In this document: positions 18,424-27,693 of the stretch, in pieces
Numbering within the stretch: the first letter of the stretch is position 1
Layout of the letters: each line of letters starts with the position of its first letter
DNA from: an uncultured Actinomycetota bacterium
GTDB lineage: Bacteria > Actinomycetota > Actinomycetes > Propionibacteriales > Nocardioidaceae
NCBI GenBank assembly: GCA_963731985.1
Contig: CAVSYA010000012.1
Coordinates: forward strand, 12,205 to 76,204
Reading direction: 5' to 3'
DNA: 64,000 nt
The notes under the pieces: model-generated
Told to the model about the DNA's origin: nothing
Seen by the model: the letters and a program-made list of their open reading frames with translations, nothing else
The model's database searches: none
Position numbers and translations under genes: made by a program

Positions 18424-18975
18424 TCACGGGTGCGGCAGGGCACCGGTGTGGGCCAGGGCCTGCTTGAGCACCAGCCCGCGGCCGCCCTCCATCTCGCTCA
18501 GCACGCCGGGCGCGACGGCCTCCTCCGGGGTCAGCCACGACAGCTCGAGTGCGTCCTGCCGGGGCTCGCACGCGCCGGCCACCGGCACCACGTAGACCAG
18601 CGCGACCGCGTGCTGCCGCGGGTCGTGCAGCGCCGAGACGCCGGGCATCGGGAGGTACTCCGCCACCGTGAAGGGCGCCGGGCTCGGCGGGAGCACCGGG
18701 AAGGCGGTGGCCCCGAGGTCCTTCTCGATGTTGCGCATCAGCGCGCCGCGCACGGTCTCCCCGTGCATCACCCGGCCCGACACGAACGAGCGGGTCATCG
18801 CCCCCGCGTCGTCGGCGCGCAGCAGGACGCCGACGTGCTCCACGAGGCCGAGCGCGCCCACCCGCACCGGCACCGCCTCGACGTAGAGCATCGGGACGCG
18901 GTCGCGCGTCTCGGTGAGGGCGTACTCGGAGAGCCATCCCGGGTTGGGGTCCGGCGTGCGCAGGAACGACGACAT
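18424..18975 (-). CDS. NUDIX-like (DUF4916) protein
   Basis: RTPDPNPGWL, VSGRVMHGET, DPRQHAV. Confidence 0.8.
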   Translation of the reverse strand: MSSFLRTPDPNPGWLSEYALTETRDRVPMLYVEAVPVRVGALGLVEHVGVLLRADDAGAMTRSFVSGRVMHGETVRGALMRNIEKDLGATAFPVLPPSPAPFTVAEYLPMPGVSALHDPRQHAVALVYVVPVAGACEPRQDALELSWLTPEEAVAPGVLSEMEGGRGLVLKQALAHTGALPHP

Positions 18976-19008
18976 GGGCGCCATTCTTGCCCACGCGTCC
19001 CCGCCCGA

Positions 19009-20640
19009 TCATGCGGGCGGTCGCACCCCGAGCCGCCGCAGCCCGAAGGTGAGGCCGTCCAGCAGCGCCTCCCAGGAGGCCTCGATGACGTTGGCGCCGA
19101 CCCCGACGGTCACCCAGCTGGACTCCCCGTCCGTGGTCTCGATCAGCACCCGGGTGATCGCGTCGGTGCCGTGGCCCTGGTCGAGGATCCGCACCTTGTA
19201 GTCGATCAGCTCGAACTTGGCGATCTCCGGCCACGCCCGGCCGATGGACTGGCGCAGCGCGGCATCGAGCGCGTTCACGGGACCGTTGCCCTCGCCCGTG
19301 CTGACGAACCGCTCCGCGCCGGCGCGCAGCTTCACCGTGGCCTCCGAGACCGCCTCCTCCGCCGGGATCGCCCGGGGCTGCGTCTCGGTGATCACCCGCC
19401 ACGACTCGACGTCGACGTACGCCGGCCGCGCGCCCTCGACCTCCTCGACCAGCAGCAGCTCGAAGGAGGCGTCGGCGGCCTCGAAGGTGTAGCCGCGCGA
19501 CTCCATGTCCTTGACCCGCTCGGTGATCCGCGTGACCAGGTCCCTGCCGTCGGGCCGGTCGCCGACGCCGGGGCCCTCCGTCAGGTCGTAGCCCAGCTCG
19601 CGACCCTTCATCTCGATCGACGCCCGCCCGGCCATGTCCGAGACGAGCAGCCGCATGTCGTTGCCGACGCCCATCGGGTCCATGTGCTGGTAGAGGTTCG
19701 GGTCGACCTTGATCGCGCTCGCGTGCAGCCCCGCTTTGTGCGCGAACGCCGAGGTTCCGACATACGGCTGCCGCGAGGCGGGTGGCACGTTGGTCACCTC
19801 GGCGACGGCGTGCGCGATCCGGGTGGCCTCGCGCAGCAGTCCCTCGGGCAGCACCGGGCGCCCCACCTTGAGCTCCAGGTTCGCGACCACGGAGACGAGG
19901 TCCGCGTTGCCGGTGCGTTCGCCGTAGCCGTTGATGGTGCCCTGCACGTGCGTGGCGCCGGCGTCGACGGCGGCGAGCGAGTTGGCCACCGCGCAGCCCG
20001 TGTCGTTGTGGCAGTGGATGCCGACCCGGCCGCCCGTGCTCTCGGCGACGTCGTGGACGACGTCCGCGACCCAGCCCGGCAGCATCCCGCCGTTGGTGTC
20101 GCACAGGGCCGCGACCTCGGCCCCGGCCTCGTACGCCGTTCGCAGCACCTCGAGCGCGTAGTCGCGGTTGGCGCGGTAGCCGTCGAAGAAGTGCTCGGCG
20201 TCGAGGAACACGCTCTGCCCCTCGGCGACGAGGTGGGCGACCGTGTCGAACACCATCGCGAGGTTCTCCTCCAGCGTGGTGCGCAGCGCGAGCCGGACGT
20301 GCCGGTCGTGTGACTTCGCCACCAGGGTGACGACCCGGGCGCCGGAGTCGCGCAGCGCGGCGACGAGCGGGTCGTCGGCGGCGGCCACGCCCGCGCGCCG
20401 GGTGGCGCCGAAGGCCGCGAGCTCCGCGTGCTCGAGGGACAGGTCGGTGCGCGCGCGACGGAAGAACTCGGTGTCCTTGGGGCTGGCTCCCGGCCAGCCG
20501 CCCTCGATGTAGCCCACCCCCAGGCCGTCCAGCTGCCGCGCGATCGCCAGCTTGTCGGCGACCGAGAGGTTCAGCCCCTCCTGCTGCGCGCCGTCGCGCA
20601 GGGTGGTGTCGTAGACGTGGAACGAGCCCTGCAGGTCCAT
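19009..20640 (-). CDS. cimA: Citramalate synthase
   Basis: YDTTLRDGAQQEG, IEGGWPG, DAEHFFDGY, CDTNGG, HKAGLH, DYKVRIL. Confidence 0.93.
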   Translation of the reverse strand: MDLQGSFHVYDTTLRDGAQQEGLNLSVADKLAIARQLDGLGVGYIEGGWPGASPKDTEFFRRARTDLSLEHAELAAFGATRRAGVAAADDPLVAALRDSGARVVTLVAKSHDRHVRLALRTTLEENLAMVFDTVAHLVAEGQSVFLDAEHFFDGYRANRDYALEVLRTAYEAGAEVAALCDTNGGMLPGWVADVVHDVAESTGGRVGIHCHNDTGCAVANSLAAVDAGATHVQGTINGYGERTGNADLVSVVANLELKVGRPVLPEGLLREATRIAHAVAEVTNVPPASRQPYVGTSAFAHKAGLHASAIKVDPNLYQHMDPMGVGNDMRLLVSDMAGRASIEMKGRELGYDLTEGPGVGDRPDGRDLVTRITERVKDMESRGYTFEAADASFELLLVEEVEGARPAYVDVESWRVITETQPRAIPAEEAVSEATVKLRAGAERFVSTGEGNGPVNALDAALRQSIGRAWPEIAKFELIDYKVRILDQGHGTDAITRVLIETTDGESSWVTVGVGANVIEASWEALLDGLTFGLRRLGVRPPA

Positions 20641-20667
20641 CGTGGTCTCTCCGGGTAGGCGGACAAG

Positions 20668-20697
20668 AAAAAAGACCCCCCGTGGCACGAGAGGTCT
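20668..20697 (-). terminator. Attenuator terminator upstream of cimA
   Basis: AGACCTCTCG-TGCCA-CGGGGGGTCT-TTTTT. Confidence 0.85.
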
Positions 20698-20728
20698 GCG
20701 CGTCGGGCCCGGTGTCGGGCGCGACGCG

Positions 20729-20758
20729 CTAGGTAATGATCGTGGGACGGCGGTGCAC
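20729..20758 (-). CDS. cimA leader peptide MHRRPTIIT
   Basis: GTG start 6 nt after CACGAT; ACG ATC ATT ACC TAG precedes the hairpins and terminator. Confidence 0.75.
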   Translation of the reverse strand: MHRRPTIIT

Positions 20759-20831
20759 ACCGCCATCGTGCCACGCCGTCCACCCACCGGACCAGGGTCT
20801 CGCTCTGCGGGCGTCGGCCGGACGGGATGCC

Positions 20832-22424
20832 TCAGTCGATCCAGCCGCCGATCCAGCTGCCCACGCCCTCCAGGGGCGGGCCCTGGGCGGGCGACCAGTC
20901 GACGCCCGCACTCCGCACGCGCAGGCCCAGGGCGGTGCTCACCAGGACCACCACCACCAGCGCCGCGACCCACGCCCAGGTGGCCGCGACGAGGGGCCGG
21001 AGCAGCGTCTCCACCGGCTGCCGGAGCTGGCTGGCGCCCGGTCCCAGCCAGAGGCCGACGGCGCCCGCCGCCCCGCCCAGGCCGAGCATCGTCGAGCCGA
21101 CGGGCTCCACCGCGTAGCCGACGAGCACGCCGGCCAGCCCGATCCCGAGCGCCCAACCGAGCAGCACCAGCGTCATCGGCAGCGCTCGCAGCACCTGCCA
21201 GGGGCCGGTGAGGACCAGGAGCGGGACGTCGAACCAGCGCGGTCCGCGCGCGCCTCGGCGGAACCGGTGCGCGGTGCCCGCGAGCGCGACGGACCGGAGG
21301 GCCCAGACGCCCACCGCCAGGGCGGCACCCGCCGGCCACGGCGCCGTGGCGACGACGGCGCCGACCGCCGCCGCCAGCGCACCCAGCAGGAGGCCGCGCC
21401 GCGTCCGCGCCGCGGCACGGTGCATCCGGGACGGCGGGGCCGCCGGGCCCGGCTGGGGTCCGGCCGCCGGCCCCCAGCCCGGGAAGACCTCCTCGACCCG
21501 CGTGCGCGGCGGGGCCTCACGGATCGGGGGCGCGGGCGCCGGGAGTGGCTGCGAGGGCGGCGTCGCGGCGGGCGTCCCGACCTGCCGGCGCAGCCAGCCG
21601 TGCAGCTGCCGCAGGGTGGGTCGATCGACGGGGTCGGGCGCGAGTGCGGCGTGGACGGCGTCGCCCAGCGGCACGGGCAGCCCCTCGAGGTCGTGCTGGC
21701 CGCGGCGGACGCGGTCCATCACCGCCATCGCGGGCCCACGGCCGAAGGGTGGGCGTCCAGTCCCGGCGAAGGCCACCGTGGCGGCCCAGGAGTGCACGTC
21801 GGAGGCGGCCGTGGCGTCGTCGCCGTGCAGGATCTCGGGTGGGAGATAGCCCGGGGTGCCCAGCAGCCAGCCGGTCTGCGTGAGCCGGTCGTCGTCGGCC
21901 ACCCGGGCGAGCCCGAAGTCGATCAGCACGGGGCTGCGGCCCTCCATCAGCACGTTGCCCGGCTTCACGTCCCGGTGCAGCACCCCGGCGGCGTGCACGG
22001 CGGCCAACGCCTCCGCGAGGCACCATGCGAACCACGTGAGGTCGGCTCCCGCGACCGGCCCCTCCTCCGCCACGTGATGGTGCAGCGAGAGGCCGGGCAC
22101 GTAGCGGGTGACGACGTAGGGGATGCTGCCCCACGGGTCGGCGTCCAGGATCTCGGCCACGCGCGGCGAGCGCACGCGCGAGAGCGAGCCGACCTCGCGG
22201 GCCAGCCGGGCGCGGCCCTCCTGGTCGGCCACCACCTGCGGGCGCAGCACCTTCAACGCCACCCGCGGGCCGCCCGGCCGCTGCGCCAGGTGGACCACGC
22301 CCATGCCGCCCTCGCCGAGGCGGTGCAGCACGCGATACTCCCCGACGTGCACGGGGCCCGGCGGACGGCCCGCCCCCGGGTCACCCCCCGCCGACGCGGC
22401 GTCGGGGTGCGGGAGGGAGCTCAC
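20832..22424 (-). CDS. Ser/Thr protein kinase with C-terminal TM helices
   Basis: GEGGMG, VALK, HRDVKPGN, DFG, GTPGY. Confidence 0.93.
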   Translation of the reverse strand: MSSLPHPDAASAGGDPGAGRPPGPVHVGEYRVLHRLGEGGMGVVHLAQRPGGPRVALKVLRPQVVADQEGRARLAREVGSLSRVRSPRVAEILDADPWGSIPYVVTRYVPGLSLHHHVAEEGPVAGADLTWFAWCLAEALAAVHAAGVLHRDVKPGNVLMEGRSPVLIDFGLARVADDDRLTQTGWLLGTPGYLPPEILHGDDATAASDVHSWAATVAFAGTGRPPFGRGPAMAVMDRVRRGQHDLEGLPVPLGDAVHAALAPDPVDRPTLRQLHGWLRRQVGTPAATPPSQPLPAPAPPIREAPPRTRVEEVFPGWGPAAGPQPGPAAPPSRMHRAAARTRRGLLLGALAAAVGAVVATAPWPAGAALAVGVWALRSVALAGTAHRFRRGARGPRWFDVPLLVLTGPWQVLRALPMTLVLLGWALGIGLAGVLVGYAVEPVGSTMLGLGGAAGAVGLWLGPGASQLRQPVETLLRPLVAATWAWVAALVVVVLVSTALGLRVRSAGVDWSPAQGPPLEGVGSWIGGWID

Positions 22425-22465
22425 CCGTGCAGGCTACTTCGCCCTCCGGCGGTCGGCGGCAGGGC

Positions 22466-23560
22466 TCAGCAGACCCGGTGCATCCATCCGAAGGTGTCCT
22501 CGGCGCGCCCGTACTGGATGTCGACCAGCGCCTGCCGGATCCGGCGCGTCAACGGGCCGCCCGCGTCTCCCGTGTCCGGCGGCGCGGGAACCTCGCCGGC
22601 CCGGTGCTTCAGCGTCCCGACCGGGGTCACCACCGCCGCGGTGCCGCAGGCGAACACCTCGCGAATGTCTCCCGATTCGACGCCGTCGCGCCACTCGTCT
22701 ATGGAGAAGCGGCGCTCCTCCACGGGATGGCCGAGCTTGCCGCAGAGCTCCATGATCGAGGCGCGCGTGATGCCCTCGAGGATCGTGCCGGTCTCGGGGG
22801 TGATCACCCGGCCGTCGCGGCGCAGGAAGTACATGTTCATCCCCCCGAGCTCCTCGACGTAGCGCATCTCCTGCCCGTCGAGGAAGACCACCTGGTCGCA
22901 GCCGTGGGCCGTGGCCTCCTGCTGGGCGACCAGCGACGAGGCGTAGTTGCCGCCGGTCTTGGCGGCACCCATGCCGCCGCGTCCGGCGCGCGTGTACTCC
23001 TCGGTCAGCCACAGGCTGACCGGCTTCACCCCGCCCTTGAAGTACGCCCCGGCGGGGCTGCAGATCACCATGAACGTCACGTGCTGCGCCGGCCGCACGC
23101 CGAGGAACGTCTCCGAGGCGAACATGAAGGGCCGCACGTAGAGGCTCTTCTCGCCTTCCTGGTCGGGGACCCAAGGCTCGTCGACCTCGACGATCGCGTC
23201 GACGGCCTGGACGAAGTCCTCGACGGGCAGCACGGGCAGCGCCAGCCGGTGCGAGGAGCGGACCATGCGTGCGGCGTTCTCCTCCGGCCGGAAGGTCCAC
23301 ACCGAGCCGTCCTCGCGCCGGTAGGCCTTCATCCCCTCGAAGGTCTCCTGCGCGTAGTGCAGGACGGCGGTGGCGGGGTCGAGGGTCAGGGGACCGTACG
23401 GCGTGATCCGGGCGTCGTGCCAGCCGGCTTCCGGCGTCCACTCGACCGTGAGCATGTGATCGGTGAAGCTCGTGCCGAAGCCGGGGGCGGCCAGGATCTC
23501 GCCGAGGCGGTCCTCGGCGACCGGGGCGGGGGTGCGGGTGACGCTGATCTGCATGGACAT
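22466..23560 (-). CDS. ilvE: Branched-chain amino acid aminotransferase
   Basis: LHYAQETFEGMKAY, KTGGNY, EELGGMN, ILEGITR. Confidence 0.95.
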   Translation of the reverse strand: MSMQISVTRTPAPVAEDRLGEILAAPGFGTSFTDHMLTVEWTPEAGWHDARITPYGPLTLDPATAVLHYAQETFEGMKAYRREDGSVWTFRPEENAARMVRSSHRLALPVLPVEDFVQAVDAIVEVDEPWVPDQEGEKSLYVRPFMFASETFLGVRPAQHVTFMVICSPAGAYFKGGVKPVSLWLTEEYTRAGRGGMGAAKTGGNYASSLVAQQEATAHGCDQVVFLDGQEMRYVEELGGMNMYFLRRDGRVITPETGTILEGITRASIMELCGKLGHPVEERRFSIDEWRDGVESGDIREVFACGTAAVVTPVGTLKHRAGEVPAPPDTGDAGGPLTRRIRQALVDIQYGRAEDTFGWMHRVC

Positions 23561-23606
23561 CAAGGTAATCCTTCGTCGCGGGCGGTGCGAGGGCGGCCGG
23601 GTCTGC

Positions 23607-24704
23607 TCAGCCGGCCACGCGCTTCGCCACGGCGTCCCCGACCTCGGGCGTGCGGCGGGCGCCGGTCCCGCGCTCGGCGAGGTCGGCCAGCAGGGCCTGC
23701 TCCACGCGGGCCGCCGCGTCCGCATGACCGAGGTGGTCCAGCAGCAGGGAGGTCGACAGGATCGCCGCCGTGGGGTCGGCCTGCTGGCGGCCCGCGATGT
23801 CGGGCGCGGAACCGTGCACCGGCTCGAACATCGACGGCGCCGTGCCGTCGGGGTTGACGTTGCCCGAGGCCGCGAGGCCGATGCCCCCGGTGATCGCGGC
23901 CGCCAGGTCGGTGACGATGTCGCCGAAGAGGTTGTCGGTGACGACCACGTCGAAGCGCGACGGGTTCGTCACCAGGTGGATCATGGCCGCGTCGACGTGC
24001 ATGTAGTCCACGGCGACCTCCGGGTGCTCGGCCGCCACCTGCTGCACCACCCGCCACCACAGCGAGCCCGCGTGCACCAGGACGTTCGTCTTGTGCACCA
24101 CGGTCAGGTGTCGGCGCTCGCGTCGCCGCGCCCGTGCGAACGCGTCGCGCACGACCCTCTCGACGCCGTACGCCGTGTTGACACTGACCTCGGTGGCGAC
24201 CTCCGCGGGCGTGCCGGCACGCAGGGCGCCACCGTTGCCGGTGTAGGGACCCTCGGTGCCCTCGCGCACGACGACGAAGTCGATGTCGCCCTGGTCGAGG
24301 ATCGCGTCCGAGAGGGGCGAGGCCACGCCCGGGAAGAGCCGGGAGGGGCGCAGGTTCACATAGTGGTCGAGCTCGAAGCGCAGCCGCAGCAGCAGCCCGC
24401 GCTCGAGGAGCCCGGGCGGCAGGTCCGGGTCGTTCGGCCTGCCGCCCACGGCGCCCAGGAGGATCGCGTCGTGGCCGCGGATCTCCTCGAGCACGCTGTC
24501 GGGCAGCACCTCGCCCGTCGCCTTGTAGCGCTCGGCACCCAGGTCGTAGCGGGTCGGCTCGACCGTGGCGCCGGCCGGGGCCGCCGCGTCGAGGACCTTG
24601 AGGGCCTCGGCGGTGACCTCGGGGCCGATGCCGTCGCCCGGGATGACGGCGACGCGCAGGGCACCACGGACCGGCTGCCGATCGGGCGTGGAGGGAGTGC
24701 TCAT
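23607..24704 (-). CDS. leuB: 3-isopropylmalate dehydrogenase
   Basis: [38 protein letters not shown]. Confidence 0.94.
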   Translation of the reverse strand: MSTPSTPDRQPVRGALRVAVIPGDGIGPEVTAEALKVLDAAAPAGATVEPTRYDLGAERYKATGEVLPDSVLEEIRGHDAILLGAVGGRPNDPDLPPGLLERGLLLRLRFELDHYVNLRPSRLFPGVASPLSDAILDQGDIDFVVVREGTEGPYTGNGGALRAGTPAEVATEVSVNTAYGVERVVRDAFARARRRERRHLTVVHKTNVLVHAGSLWWRVVQQVAAEHPEVAVDYMHVDAAMIHLVTNPSRFDVVVTDNLFGDIVTDLAAAITGGIGLAASGNVNPDGTAPSMFEPVHGSAPDIAGRQQADPTAAILSTSLLLDHLGHADAAARVEQALLADLAERGTGARRTPEVGDAVAKRVAG

Positions 24705-24715
24705 GCAGCGGGAAT

Positions 24716-24841
24716 CTAGTTGTCGTCCGGGCGGTCGGTGCCGGCGGCCTGCAGGTCGAGCGCGTGCTGGACGGCCTCGTGGCTGTGCGGGTTCTCGGGG
24801 TCGTGGGCCTGCGGGCCCCACTCGGGATACATGTCGTACAT
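24716..24841 (-). CDS. Small acidic protein MYDMYPEWG... (41 aa; 73 aa if started at TTG 24937)
   Basis: Strong SD GGCAGGAG before ATG; GC-rich third positions. Confidence 0.6.
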   Translation of the reverse strand: MYDMYPEWGPQAHDPENPHSHEAVQHALDLQAAGTDRPDDN

Positions 24842-25016
24842 CGGATCTCTCCTGCCTCGGGTGGCTCGGTCGGTCGATTCGGGTCGGTCGACGACGCTCC
24901 CGTGCGGCGGGGAGGAGAAAGGGGATCGCCCTGTCAAGGAGGGGGAGGCGCGGGTCGCGCGGCCTGGCCGGCGTGCCCGCCGCTGCTGCTCATGTAGAGG
25001 AGCCGCGGGGCGTCAT

Positions 25017-25133
25017 CTGGAGATGTCGCAAGGCCGTCGCACTGGCCGGTCGCACCCAGCCGGACACCGCGGCGAGGTGGCCTTGCTGTCAGGCCTCGCC
25101 GCGGCGAACGATAAGTACGAGCACGCTCCGCAT
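25017..25133 (-). promoter_or_regulatory. Leader peptide MRSVLVLIVRRGEA (25089-25133) with a LEU-element-like RNA structure
   Basis: GTG CTC GTA CTT ATC GTT codon run; complementary pairs CCGCGGCGAGG/CCTCGCCGCGG and GCAAGGCC/GGCCTTGC; no U-tract terminator. Confidence 0.75.
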
Positions 25134-25189
25134 GATGGAAATGACCGTACTCCCTCTTCGGCGGGGAGTTCGACCCATCCCGCCCGCGT

Positions 25190-25206
25190 GTCCCGCCATG
25201 TGGGAC
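25190..25206. promoter_or_regulatory. 17-bp palindrome, candidate IclR (NdgR-like) operator
   Basis: GTCCC-GCCATGT-GGGAC upstream of the leader promoter. Confidence 0.55.
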
Positions 25207-25260
25207 GGGCTGGTGGGACGGGCTGGTGGGACGGGCTGGTGGGACGGGCCGGTGGGACGG
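25201..25260 (+). repeat. 13-bp tandem repeat TGGGACGGGCTGG (about 4.6 copies)
   Basis: Read directly from the sequence. Confidence 0.92.
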
Positions 25261-25290
25261 CCGCTCGGTCGAGGTCTGGAACGGTGGGAG

Positions 25291-26277
25291 TCAGCGGCGG
25301 CTGGCGAGCGCGCCGACGACAACCCCGCACAGGGCGAGGGCCGCGCCGCCGACGGTCGCCGGGCCGAGGTCGGTGTCGGCCACGACCGCGTCGATCAGCA
25401 CCGAGGTGACCACCTGCCCGGCGACGATGCACAGGCCCAGGACCAGCACGCCGTGCACCTTGACCAGCGCGGCGGCCGCGGTGATGAACACGACGCCCAG
25501 CACCCCGCCGAGGTAGAGCCACCACTCGCCCGGCGGCCCGGTCAGGTCGCCCGGAAGGAGCAGCGAGACGCCCAGGAAGCTCACCAGGAGCGCCGTGCCG
25601 ACCACGAAGTTGTTGAACGCCGCGACCAACGGGTGGGAGAGGCCGGAGACGCGGCCGTTCATCGCCTGCTGCCAGGACGTCCCGGCCCCGGCCACCAGCG
25701 GCAGCAGGGCCAACGCCACGACGGACGCGCCGAGGCCGCCTCCGAAGAGGCGCCCCGACACGGTGATCACCACGGCCGCGACGGTGAGCGCCGCCCCGAC
25801 GACCCGTCCTGCCGTCACGGCCCGGCGCCCGGATGGCCCGAGGCCGAAGCGGTCGACGACCAGGCCGCTGGTCGTCTGGCCGGCCACCACGGCGACGATG
25901 AAGAGAGCCACCCCGATGCTGCCGACCGTGAGCCCCTGCGAGGCGACCAGCAGCGCACCCGCCGCGCCGCCGAGCAGCTGGTGGGGACGCAGCCGCCGCT
26001 CGCGCGCCGCCGCGACGAGCCGCCCGATCCCCGCGCGCGGGGCCGGCAGCACCGTCACCAGCAGGCCCAGGAGCACCACACCGCTGACGAAGGTCATCAC
26101 CGCCGCCGTCGCGCCCGCGCGAATGCCCTCGCCGAGCGCGTCCGCGAGGTCGCCGTTGATCTGCGACTGCACCGCGACCAGGGCCCCGACGCCGACCATC
26201 GCCGGGATCGCCACGACCTCGATCAGGGCGCGGGGGGCCAGGCCGTCGTCGGCACGGGCGGAGTCGACAGCGGGCAC
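25291..26277 (-). CDS. DMT family transporter (two YdcZ-like repeats)
   Basis: QSQINGDL and QQAMNGRV repeats, LGG motifs, about 10 TM. Confidence 0.85.
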   Translation of the reverse strand: MPAVDSARADDGLAPRALIEVVAIPAMVGVGALVAVQSQINGDLADALGEGIRAGATAAVMTFVSGVVLLGLLVTVLPAPRAGIGRLVAAARERRLRPHQLLGGAAGALLVASQGLTVGSIGVALFIVAVVAGQTTSGLVVDRFGLGPSGRRAVTAGRVVGAALTVAAVVITVSGRLFGGGLGASVVALALLPLVAGAGTSWQQAMNGRVSGLSHPLVAAFNNFVVGTALLVSFLGVSLLLPGDLTGPPGEWWLYLGGVLGVVFITAAAALVKVHGVLVLGLCIVAGQVVTSVLIDAVVADTDLGPATVGGAALALCGVVVGALASRR

Positions 26278-26346
26278 GGGGCCATCGTGCCCGAAGCGCC
26301 GGGGCGTGACCGCCCCCGCCCTGACCGTCGTGCCAGACTCCGGGAC

Positions 26347-26913
26347 GTGAGTGCCCCGCTGGAGCTGCCCGAGATCGTCTCGCGCGCCTTCGAGGTCTCC
26401 CGCCAGGCCGGCTACGCGTCCTTCTGCCGCAACGAGACGGGGCGGTTGCTGGCGACCCTCGCCGCGACCCGCAGCGGCGTGATGGCCGAGTGCGGCACCG
26501 GCTGCGGGGTGGGCACGGCATGGCTGCGGTCGGGAGCCCGCGGCGACGTGCGGATCGTCACGGCGGAGCTCGACGAGAGGCTGGCCGACGGGGCCGCCGC
26601 GATCTTCCGCGACGACCCGAGCGTCGAGGTGCTGGCGGCGGACTGGTCGACCCTTCAGGACAAGGGCCCGTTCTCGCTGCTCTTCCTCGACGCCGACCAG
26701 CCCGACGGGGCCCGAGTGGACCTGGTCGCCGACCTCGTCGAAGCCGGCGGCATCGTCGTCGTCGACGACTTCGTGCCCTGCGAGTCCTGGCCGCCCATGG
26801 CCTACGGGCGCGTGGACACGCTGCGCGAGGAGTGGCTGCTCGACGAGCGCTTCACGACCGTCGAGGTGCTGGCCGCGCCCGACGCCTCGACGCTCATCGC
26901 CACGCGGCGCTGA
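26347..26913 (+). CDS. Class I SAM-dependent O-methyltransferase-like protein
   Basis: ECGTGCGVG, FSLLFLD, GGIVVVDD. Confidence 0.85.
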   Translation: MSAPLELPEIVSRAFEVSRQAGYASFCRNETGRLLATLAATRSGVMAECGTGCGVGTAWLRSGARGDVRIVTAELDERLADGAAAIFRDDPSVEVLAADWSTLQDKGPFSLLFLDADQPDGARVDLVADLVEAGGIVVVDDFVPCESWPPMAYGRVDTLREEWLLDERFTTVEVLAAPDASTLIATRR

Positions 26914-27631
26914 CGTACTCCCCCGCGTCGACCGCGAGGTCGACCGGCTCGACGCGGGCCGGGGCCTGCGCGGCGTCCACCTCGACGGTGAACCAGGGCA
27001 ACAGCACCTGGGTGAGCGGCCCGATCGCGAGCGCGTAGAGCACCGTGCCGAGCCCGGCGACGCCGCCGAGGGCCAGGCCGGCCAGCACGACCAAGACCTC
27101 GAGACCGGTGCGCACCAGCCGCAGCGAGACGCCCGTGCGCCGGTGCAGGCCGGTCATCAAGCCGTCCCGGGGTCCGCGCCCGAGCTGCGCGCCGATGTAG
27201 AGCGCGCTCGCGAGGGCACAGAGCAGCACGCCGCCGACCATCAGGGCCATCCGCCCGGCGATCGCGTCGGGCCGGCCCAGCACGAGCAGGGTGACGTCGG
27301 CGGAGACCCCGACGAGCACGGCGTTCGCGACGGTGCCCACGCCCGGTCGCTCGCGCAGCGGCACCCAGAGCAGCAGCACGAGGAAGCTCATCGCCACGAT
27401 CACCTGGCCGAGGCTCAGCGGGAGGTAGCCCGTGAGGCCGACGTGCAGCACGTCCCAGGGCGCCAGGCCGAGGGCGCCGCGCACCATCATCGCCAGCGAG
27501 ACCCCGTACAGGAACAGCCCGACGACCAGGCGCACCAGCCGCGAGGGCAGGCGACCGGCGCGCAGCTGCGCGAGCGGGCCGAGGTCGGCGAGGACCACTC
27601 GGCCGGGACGGAGGCTGGAGGTGAGGGACAT
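26894..27631 (-). CDS. YczE-like membrane protein
   Basis: LGLAPWDV, GPRDGLMTGL, GLGT; divergent from a MocR regulator. Confidence 0.85.
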   Translation of the reverse strand: MSLTSSLRPGRVVLADLGPLAQLRAGRLPSRLVRLVVGLFLYGVSLAMMVRGALGLAPWDVLHVGLTGYLPLSLGQVIVAMSFLVLLLWVPLRERPGVGTVANAVLVGVSADVTLLVLGRPDAIAGRMALMVGGVLLCALASALYIGAQLGRGPRDGLMTGLHRRTGVSLRLVRTGLEVLVVLAGLALGGVAGLGTVLYALAIGPLTQVLLPWFTVEVDAAQAPARVEPVDLAVDAGEYVSAAWR

Positions 27632-27650
27632 GGCTCCCACGATGGGCCCG

Positions 27651-27693
27651 ACTGGCCTTCTATCAAATAGCCAATCATGAGACAGTGGCCTTC
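27651..27693. promoter_or_regulatory. Candidate MocR/YczR binding repeats
   Basis: ACTGGCCTTC and AGTGGCCTTC direct repeats with an inverted AGCCAAT between them. Confidence 0.5.

Noticed and set aside
19009-20640. Calling this gene leuA
   Set aside because: EGGWPG, DAEHFFDG and DYKVRIL motifs plus the Ile-codon leader fit CimA.
19009-21339. Long N-terminal extensions of cimA, gatB (to 57506), mnmA (to 63506), the MetE-like gene (to 62817) and the 8655-10655 ORF
   Set aside because: Extensions overlap other genes or attenuators; recognisable family N-termini start later.
25201-25260. Repeat arrays (also 10861 and 37607) as CRISPR
   Set aside because: Head-to-tail 13-15 bp units without spacers; no cas genes in the window.
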